DNA of 24,000 bases from Promicromonospora sp. NPDC023805. Lineage in GTDB: Bacteria > Actinomycetota > Actinomycetes > Actinomycetales > Cellulomonadaceae. The translations under genes and the position numbers were made by a program. The notes under the pieces are model-generated. The model saw nothing but the letters and a program-made list of their open reading frames with translations. It searched no databases and was not told the origin of the DNA. The stretch spans positions 91,132 through 115,131 of the forward strand of contig NZ_JBFAAH010000012.1 in assembly GCF_040639635.1 (NCBI RefSeq). The letters are read 5' to 3'. Shown here piece by piece: positions 15,354 through 21,235 of this stretch; positions within the stretch are counted from its first letter, which is position 1, and each line of letters begins with the position of its first letter.

Positions 15354-16526
15354 ATGAGCGACAGCAACGACGCGGTACCTCGAACCGACACGGCGAAGCG
15401 GACCGGCGCGGCGAAGCGGACCGACGCAGCGAACCGGACCGACACTGCAGAACGGACCGACGACACTGCAGAGCGGACCGACGCGCCGGCGCCCGACGAT
15501 CAGCGGAAGCCGGAGTCCCCGCCGGCGCTGCACGGCCGGACGTGGACGTACGTCCTGCGGAACAGCGTGCGGCAGTTCTCGCGCGACCAGTGCACCGACC
15601 TGGCCGCGGCGCTGACCTACTACGCGGTGCTCGCGGCGGCACCCGCGCTGCTCGCGCTGGTCTCGGTGCTCGGTCTCGTGGGCAACGGAGGCCAGGCGGT
15701 CGAGCGGGTGATCGGCACGATGGACGGCGTGCTGCCGCCCGACGTGCTGTCCGTCGTCGAACCGCTCGTCCAGAACGCCGCCGGTGGCGGCGGCAAGGCC
15801 GGGTTCGCTCTGCTCCTCGGTGTGGCGCTGGCCCTGTGGTCCGCCTCCGGGTACGTCGGCGCCTTCGGGCGTGCGATGAACCGGATCTACGAGATCGACG
15901 AGGGTCGACCCGTCTGGAAGCTTCGCCCCGTGATGCTGCTGGTCACGCTCGTGGCCGTCGTCATAGCGGCGCTGATCGTGGCGGCGGTGGCGCTCAGCGG
16001 GCCGGTCGCGCAGGCGGTCGGTGACGCCGTCGGCCTCGGTTCGACCGCCGTGACCGTCTGGAGCATCGCCAAGTGGCCGGTGGTGCTGCTGCTCGTCGTG
16101 GTGCTCGTGGCGATCCTCTACCACGTCACGCCGAACGTGCGGCAGCCCAGGATGCGCTGGCTCAGCGTCGGTGCGTTCGTCGCGATCCTGGTGTGGGTGC
16201 TCGCGTCCGCCGCGTTCGCGCTGTACGTAGCGACGTTCTCGAGCTACGACGCCACGTACGGGTCGCTCGCCGGCATCATCGTGTTTCTCCTGTGGCTGTG
16301 GATCACCAACCTCGCGCTGCTGTTCGGCGCGGAGCTGGACGCAGAGCTCGAGCGGGGCCGTGAGCTCCAGGGCGGCATCGCCGCCGAGGAGACGGTGCAG
16401 CTGCCGCCCAAGGACGCCCGCGCGAGCGAGAAGCGGGAGGCGAAGCGCCTCAAGGAGGTGGAGCGCGGCCGTGCGCTGCGGCTCGCGGCGGAGCGGGACG
16501 GCGCAAACAAGGACGACCGAGCCTGA
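15354..16526 (+). CDS. YihY/BrkB-family inner-membrane protein
   Basis: ATG 15354 follows GGGAGA. Family-typical motifs are FSRDQCTDLAAALTYYAVLAAAPALLAL, ALWSASGYVGAFGRAMNRIYE and YGSLAGIIVFLLWLWITNLALLFGAELDAE. The N-terminal 45 aa are a repetitive RTD-rich tail. Confidence 0.85.
   Translation: MSDSNDAVPRTDTAKRTGAAKRTDAANRTDTAERTDDTAERTDAPAPDDQRKPESPPALHGRTWTYVLRNSVRQFSRDQCTDLAAALTYYAVLAAAPALLALVSVLGLVGNGGQAVERVIGTMDGVLPPDVLSVVEPLVQNAAGGGGKAGFALLLGVALALWSASGYVGAFGRAMNRIYEIDEGRPVWKLRPVMLLVTLVAVVIAALIVAAVALSGPVAQAVGDAVGLGSTAVTVWSIAKWPVVLLLVVVLVAILYHVTPNVRQPRMRWLSVGAFVAILVWVLASAAFALYVATFSSYDATYGSLAGIIVFLLWLWITNLALLFGAELDAELERGRELQGGIAAEETVQLPPKDARASEKREAKRLKEVERGRALRLAAERDGANKDDRA
15381..15491 (+). 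repeat. In-frame ~18-nt tandem repeat (about 6 units) in the 5' end of yihY-family gene
   Basis: Units begin cggaccgac/cgaaccgac at 15381, 15399, 15417, 15435, 15453 and 15474. One unit is 21 nt. They encode reiterated RTDxAx hexapeptides. Confidence 0.85.
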
Positions 16527-16536
16527 GGGAGATTGC

Positions 16537-16788
16537 ATGACGACGTTCGACGAGTCCCTGACAGCCCACGCGGACGAGGCAACCGGCGGTGCTGCCCCGG
16601 AGGTCACGGTGACGGCCTGCCCCGACGGGCCGCTGCTGCTGCGCGGCCCGGCGACGATCCTCGGCCCGGACGGCGAGCCCGTGGAGCGCCGTCGGGCCAC
16701 CGTGGCCCTGTGCCGCTGCGGTGGCACCGCCATCGCACCGTGGTGCGACGGGACGCACAAGGTGAACGGCTACCGCTCGACGGACTAG
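16537..16788 (+). CDS. CDGSH-type iron-sulfur domain protein
   Basis: The 83-aa protein carries the CDGSH 2Fe-2S signature CRCGGTAIAPWCDGTH. A GAGGGA RBS lies 6 nt before ATG 16537, and the gene starts 10 nt after the yihY-family stop. Confidence 0.85.
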   Translation: MTTFDESLTAHADEATGGAAPEVTVTACPDGPLLLRGPATILGPDGEPVERRRATVALCRCGGTAIAPWCDGTHKVNGYRSTD

Positions 16789-16807
16789 CGCGCGACCACC
16801 GCGCTAG
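16785..16807. terminator. Short bidirectional hairpin between convergent genes
   Basis: It is ctagcgcg-cgaccac-cgcgctag (8-bp stem, 7-nt loop). The TAG stop of the CDGSH gene and the TAG of the minus-strand SDR gene each lie inside a stem arm. Confidence 0.4.
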
Positions 16808-18393
16808 ACCCGGAACGCCCGCTCGCGCGCGTAGGCGTGGAACCGCGCGAGCACGTCGATCTGCTGGTGGGCCTGGGCGATCAGCTCGTCGAGCTGTGCG
16901 GGATCCAGGCCGATCTCGTCGGCGTGCTCGCGCAGCGTCTGCCAGCCACCGATCTTGGCGAGGACTGCCGCCCGCATCATCTCGGGCTCGAACACCATGG
17001 TCATCGGGGACTGCTCGGCCACCCGGCCGTTGAGCTTGAGCCGGCCCGCCTTCTCACCGGCCCACGCCGCGACCTGGCGGTACCGGCGACGCGGCACCTC
17101 CAGCCGGTCCAGCAGGTCGCGATAGAGCTCCCGCTCTCCGCGCAGCTGCTCGGTCACCTCCGCCAGCTCGGCGTGGAAGGGCGTGTCCCGGTAGGCGCGG
17201 GTCATGCGTTCCAGGCGCTCCAGACCGGCGGTGGAGGCGGTGAGATGCTCGGAGAGATAGAGGCCGAACAGGTAACGGTCCATCGTCTCCGGGATCCGCA
17301 GCTCGCCCCGGGCCCGCAGCGGCAGCACCGACGCCCCCGCCGGCCGAGGGCTGGCCGGGCGCAGGGGAGCGGAGCTCGCACCCTGCCCGGCCGCCATACC
17401 GTCGAGCAGGTCCTCCACGGCTTGCGCCGCCGTGCGGCGGGGCGCCCAGCCCAGCACTGCCTTGATCCGGGAGGTGTCCAGCACCGGCACGGCCATCGCC
17501 ATGTCGAGCCAGCCGGGGTCGGCGCGGACGACCCGGCCGTCGTAGGCGGCGGCCAGCGCCGCGCGGACGACGGCTGGCGGCACCTCGACCAGCCGTCCGT
17601 GGCCGACGATCCGGGCCAGGTCCGCACCGCGCAGCACGTCGTCCGCCGCGACGTTGAACGCGCCGCGGGCCCGCTCGACGACGACGCGCCGGTAGGCGTC
17701 GGCGACGTCGTCCGCGTGCACCGCCTGCAGTCGCAGGCCGGCGGGCAGCGGCAGGGCGGGCAGCCGGCCGTGCCGCAGCAGCTGCGTCGGTACGAGCGGG
17801 CCGAGGAAGTAGCGCACCACGGACTGGGCGGCGTCCGCCTGGAAGATGAGCGCGGGGCGCAGGCGCGCCACGGCGATCTCGGGGTGCTCGGCCTCCAGCT
17901 CGTCCAGCACCCGCTCCTGCGCAGCCTTGTCCACGCTGTAGTGCGACGTCGGTACGCCGCCGGTGGACCAGTCCTCGCGGCGCGGACCGTCGTCGGCGAC
18001 CGGGGAGTACGCGCCCATCGACGACGCGACCACCAGGTGCGGCACGCCCGCCCGCGCGACGGCCTCGGCCACCCGGCGGGTGCCCTCCACGTTGGTGCGG
18101 CGCAGCAGGTCGCGCTCGCGGTTGGGCTGGACGAGCCATGCGAGGTGGACCACGGCGTCGGCGCCGCGGAAGTGCTCGGTGAGCTGATCGACGACGTCCT
18201 CGGCGCCGTCCGCGGAGCCGCCCTCCGCCGAGAGGTCGACGGGCGCCCACTCGGCGTACCGGTACGGTTCGGCGTTCCGGTCGGGCAACCGCCGAGCCAT
18301 GCCGAGCACGGAGGTGACCCGCGGCTCGGCGTGCAGCGCCCGCAGCAGCGCGGTCCCGGTATTGCCTGTGGCTCCCACGACGACTACGCGCAT
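16804..18393 (-). CDS. NAD(P)-dependent epimerase/dehydratase (extended SDR) fused to an unrecognised ~159-aa helical C-terminal domain
   Basis: The start is ATG 18393 (MRVVVVGATGNTG Rossmann motif). YSVDK supplies the catalytic YxxxK. A Pro/Ala-rich linker follows, then a helical domain from MDRYLFGLYLSEHL (nt 16804-17283). The upstream 264 aa of track ORF 16804..19185 are shadow sequence antisense to the hydrolase gene. Confidence 0.8.
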   Translation of the reverse strand: MRVVVVGATGNTGTALLRALHAEPRVTSVLGMARRLPDRNAEPYRYAEWAPVDLSAEGGSADGAEDVVDQLTEHFRGADAVVHLAWLVQPNRERDLLRRTNVEGTRRVAEAVARAGVPHLVVASSMGAYSPVADDGPRREDWSTGGVPTSHYSVDKAAQERVLDELEAEHPEIAVARLRPALIFQADAAQSVVRYFLGPLVPTQLLRHGRLPALPLPAGLRLQAVHADDVADAYRRVVVERARGAFNVAADDVLRGADLARIVGHGRLVEVPPAVVRAALAAAYDGRVVRADPGWLDMAMAVPVLDTSRIKAVLGWAPRRTAAQAVEDLLDGMAAGQGASSAPLRPASPRPAGASVLPLRARGELRIPETMDRYLFGLYLSEHLTASTAGLERLERMTRAYRDTPFHAELAEVTEQLRGERELYRDLLDRLEVPRRRYRQVAAWAGEKAGRLKLNGRVAEQSPMTMVFEPEMMRAAVLAKIGGWQTLREHADEIGLDPAQLDELIAQAHQQIDVLARFHAYARERAFRV

Positions 18394-18477
18394 GGGAACA
18401 CGGTCACACCGGCCCGGCACACTCGCACTCGACGGCACGCCCTCGCGTGTCGGCGCGTGTTCCACCATGCTGGCGAT

Positions 18478-19263
18478 ATGCCCGAGATCAGCTCGCGACG
18501 AACCCACCGATTCGAGGACGACGGCCTGACCGTCATCGGGCACGTCTCGGCGCCGCCCGACGCGCGCCGGGCCTTCGTGCTCGTGCACGGCGTCGGCTGC
18601 TCGTCGCGCACCTACGCCAGGCTCGTGGACCACCTGGTGGCCCACGGCGAGGTGCACGCGCTGGACCTGCCCGGATACGGCGCGTCCCCGCACCCGCGCC
18701 GCGACGTCACGGTCCCCGAGCACGCGACCGTCGTCGCGCGGTACATCCGCGAGCACGTGCTCGACGCCGGTCTGCCCGCGCCGGTCCTCGTCGGCCACTC
18801 GATGGGCACGCAGATAGTGGGCCAGCTGCTCGCCGACCACCCCGACTCCGCGTCGGCGGGCGTCCTCCTCGGCCCGACGGCGGAGCCCGGCGCACGTACC
18901 TTCCCGCGTCAGGCGGTACGTCTCGCGATCGACGTCGTGGGGGAGTCGCCGCGCACCATCGGCACGCTCCTGTTCGACGCCCTGGTGCGCTGCGGTGCGC
19001 CGTGGTACCTGCGGCAGCTGCGCCACGTCGTCAAGCACCGGCTGGAGGACGTGCTGCCCCGCACCACGGCGCCGGTGGTCGTCGTGCGGGGCGAGCGCGA
19101 CCCCGTCGCCCCGGAGCGGTGGGTAGCGGCGCTCGCGGCGAGTGCCCCGCTCGGGCGGCACCGCACCGTGGGCGGGCGGCACCACGCCATGGACGCGGAC
19201 CCCGCGGGCGTCGCCGAGGCTGTCCTGGACGCGTGGCCCGCTGCGGACCGGGGCGTCGGATGA
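18478..19263 (+). CDS. Alpha/beta hydrolase
   Basis: MPEISSRR starts in frame inside track ORF 16837..19263. The protein has FVLVHGVG, the nucleophile elbow GHSMG, and a C-terminal RGERDPV...H pattern. GTG 18457 is an alternative start. Confidence 0.8.
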   Translation: MPEISSRRTHRFEDDGLTVIGHVSAPPDARRAFVLVHGVGCSSRTYARLVDHLVAHGEVHALDLPGYGASPHPRRDVTVPEHATVVARYIREHVLDAGLPAPVLVGHSMGTQIVGQLLADHPDSASAGVLLGPTAEPGARTFPRQAVRLAIDVVGESPRTIGTLLFDALVRCGAPWYLRQLRHVVKHRLEDVLPRTTAPVVVVRGERDPVAPERWVAALAASAPLGRHRTVGGRHHAMDADPAGVAEAVLDAWPAADRGVG

Positions 19264-19976
19264 GCGGCCGACGCCGTTCGCCCGACGGAGCGCTCGCGCG
19301 GCTCGCCGCGTGGGCCGCCGACTACGCGTGGGCCACGGACCGGCAGGCGCGGCACTTCCTCCGGCGGCCGAAGCTGCCCGGGACGTCCGGCGCGCCGCCG
19401 CGGGCGCCCGTCCTGCTGCTGCCCGGCATCTACGAGACCTGGGAGTTCCTGCAGCCCGTTGCCACGGCGCTGGCCCGTGCGGGCCACCCGGTCCATGCCG
19501 TGCCAGGTCTCAACCTCAACCTCCGGCCGGTCCCGGAGTCGGCAGACATAGTGGTCGAGCACCTGGAGCGCACGGGCCTGACCGGAGCGGTGCTCGTGGC
19601 GCACAGCAAGGGCGGCCTCATCGGCAAGCGGGTCATGCTCTCGGGGGCGAGCGACCGGGTGCTGGGCATGGTCGCGATCGCGACCCCGTTCACGGGCTCC
19701 CGCTGGGCGCGGTACATGCTCTCGCGGTCGCTGCGGTCGTTCGACCCGCGCGACCCGGTGCTGCTGGCGCTCGCCGGGGAGCTGCTCGTCAACGAGTGCA
19801 TCACGGCCGTCTACCCGCGGTTCGACCCGCACATCCCCGAGACGGGCCGGCTGGAGGGCGCGCGGAACATCGAGCTGCCGCTGTCGGGGCACTTCCGGCC
19901 GCTGGGGAACCCCCTGCTCGTGGAGACCGTGGTGCGCGAGGTGGCGCGGGTGGAGTCCGAGCATGCGGTTCGGTGA
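19260..19976 (+). CDS. Alpha/beta hydrolase (lipase/esterase-like)
   Basis: ATG 19260 overlaps the upstream stop (ATGA). The protein has VLLLPGIYETW, the nucleophile elbow AHSKGG, and a late D...H (IELPLSGHF). Confidence 0.7.
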   Translation: MSGRRRSPDGALARLAAWAADYAWATDRQARHFLRRPKLPGTSGAPPRAPVLLLPGIYETWEFLQPVATALARAGHPVHAVPGLNLNLRPVPESADIVVEHLERTGLTGAVLVAHSKGGLIGKRVMLSGASDRVLGMVAIATPFTGSRWARYMLSRSLRSFDPRDPVLLALAGELLVNECITAVYPRFDPHIPETGRLEGARNIELPLSGHFRPLGNPLLVETVVREVARVESEHAVR

Positions 19977-19988
19977 GCCGGGCCGCAC

Positions 19989-20921
19989 GTGGTCAACTGG
20001 GACGTGCTCACCGTCCGCCACAGCTCGCCGCGCCGGACCGACGTCGCCCTGACGCTCGGACCGCTGGGGCACGGGCCCGCGGACCCGACGTTCCACCGGG
20101 CGGCGGACGGAACCGTCTGGCGGACGTCGCTGCTGCCCACGGGCCCGGTGACGCAGCGGTTCGTGCCCGCGGGGCCGCACGAGGTGGTGGTGCAGCTCTG
20201 GGGTGACGGGGCGCGGGAGGCCGCCGAGGCGCTGCCGACGCTGCTCGGCGAGGACGACGACGTCGCGGACTTCGCGCCGCCGTCGCAGGTCCGCGACGCC
20301 CACCGTCGGGCGGCCGGGATGCGGATGGCGCGCAGCGGCCGTGTGCTGGAAGCCCTCGTGCCCGCGGTCCTGGAGCAGCGCGTGCAGACCGTGACGGCGC
20401 ACCGGGCGTGGCAGTGGCTCGTGCGGCGGTACGGCACGCGGGCGCCGGGCCCGGCGCCCGAGGGGCTGCGCGGCGGGCTGCGGGTGGTCCCGGACGCGCA
20501 GACCTGGGCGCGGGTGCCGGTGTGGGACTGGCACCGCGCCGGCGTCGACCCCGGACGTGCCCGCACTGTGACGCGGTGCGCGCTGGTGGCGCCACGCCTC
20601 GAGGAGGCGTGCGCGATGGCGCCCGCCGAGGCCCGCGCACGGCTCGAGAAGGTGCAGGGCGTAGGGGTGTGGACGTCGGCGGAGGTGGCGCAGCGCGCCT
20701 TCGGTGACGCGGACGCCGTCTCCGTGGGCGACTTCCACCTGCCTGCGGCGGTCGGCTGGGCGCTGTCGGGCGAACGCACCGACGACGCCGGGATGCTGCG
20801 GCTGCTGGCGCCGTACGCCCCGCACCGGCACCGGGTGGTCCGGCTGCTCATGATCGACGGGCGGGCCAAGGCGCCCCGTCGCGGGCCGAAGCTGCCGATC
20901 GCGGACTATCGGGCGTTCTGA
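19989..20921 (+). CDS. DNA-3-methyladenine glycosylase II (AlkA-like, HhH-GPD superfamily) family protein
   Basis: The 310-aa protein has the helix-hairpin-helix LEKVQGVGVWTSAEVAQRAF followed by DAVSVGDFHL, which holds the catalytic Asp position. The GTG start lies 12 nt after the upstream stop. Confidence 0.75.
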   Translation: MVNWDVLTVRHSSPRRTDVALTLGPLGHGPADPTFHRAADGTVWRTSLLPTGPVTQRFVPAGPHEVVVQLWGDGAREAAEALPTLLGEDDDVADFAPPSQVRDAHRRAAGMRMARSGRVLEALVPAVLEQRVQTVTAHRAWQWLVRRYGTRAPGPAPEGLRGGLRVVPDAQTWARVPVWDWHRAGVDPGRARTVTRCALVAPRLEEACAMAPAEARARLEKVQGVGVWTSAEVAQRAFGDADAVSVGDFHLPAAVGWALSGERTDDAGMLRLLAPYAPHRHRVVRLLMIDGRAKAPRRGPKLPIADYRAF

Positions 20922-21159
20922 GCGGGCTGGTGGTGGGCGGCTGGGCGGCTGGGCAGCTCGGCGACCGACTGGGTGTCTGCGCGGGACCTCGGTGCTGGAC
21001 CTGGGTGCAGGGTTTCGTGGCGGGTCTCGGGGTGCGTCTGCGCGCGGGTTCAGCCGTGGCAAGCGCGTCAAGCAGTCGCCGCGTACAGGTAGGTAGTGAT
21101 GCTCGCGTCCTTACGAAGGGGGCAGAAGAACGCGCCGGTGTCAGTGGCCGGGCATAGGA

Positions 21160-21175
21160 TCGAACAAAGGTCCGA
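21160..21175 (+). promoter_or_regulatory. Putative LexA-binding SOS box (TCGAACaaagGTCCGA)
   Basis: It matches the actinobacterial/mycobacterial SOS box TCGAAC-N4-GTTCGA at 11 of 12 positions. It is the only such site I found in the window. Its right half overlaps the -35 position of a candidate promoter (-10 TATTCT at 21195-21200), about 60 nt upstream of the HNH gene. Confidence 0.45.
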
Positions 21176-21235
21176 ATGATTGGCGGGCCCAGTCTATTCT
21201 TCTTGAGTAATGAGCCACGGGGGAGGTGGGCGGGA

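Noticed and set aside
13518-16760. 1080-aa minus-strand ORF, the longest in the window
   Set aside because: It lies antisense to five plus-strand genes that each have recognisable family motifs, RBSs and coupled starts. Its translation is Arg/Gly/Pro/Ala/His-rich low-complexity sequence with no motif. This is the typical stop-codon-poor shadow frame of GC-rich DNA.
18395-18462. 8-bp inverted repeat ggaacacg ... cgtgttcc flanking the divergent SDR/hydrolase intergenic region
   Set aside because: The arms are about 52 nt apart, too far for a typical operator or hairpin. A single 8-mer match is not statistically compelling.
16837-18477. N-terminal 547 aa of the 808-aa plus-strand ORF 16837..19263
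   Set aside because: This part is antisense to the SDR-fusion gene and is Arg/Gly/His/Pro-rich. A recognisable alpha/beta hydrolase sequence begins only at ATG 18478.
18909-21071. 720-aa minus-strand ORF
   Set aside because: It is antisense to the two hydrolase genes and the AlkA-like gene. The composition is Arg/Pro-rich and shows no domain pattern.
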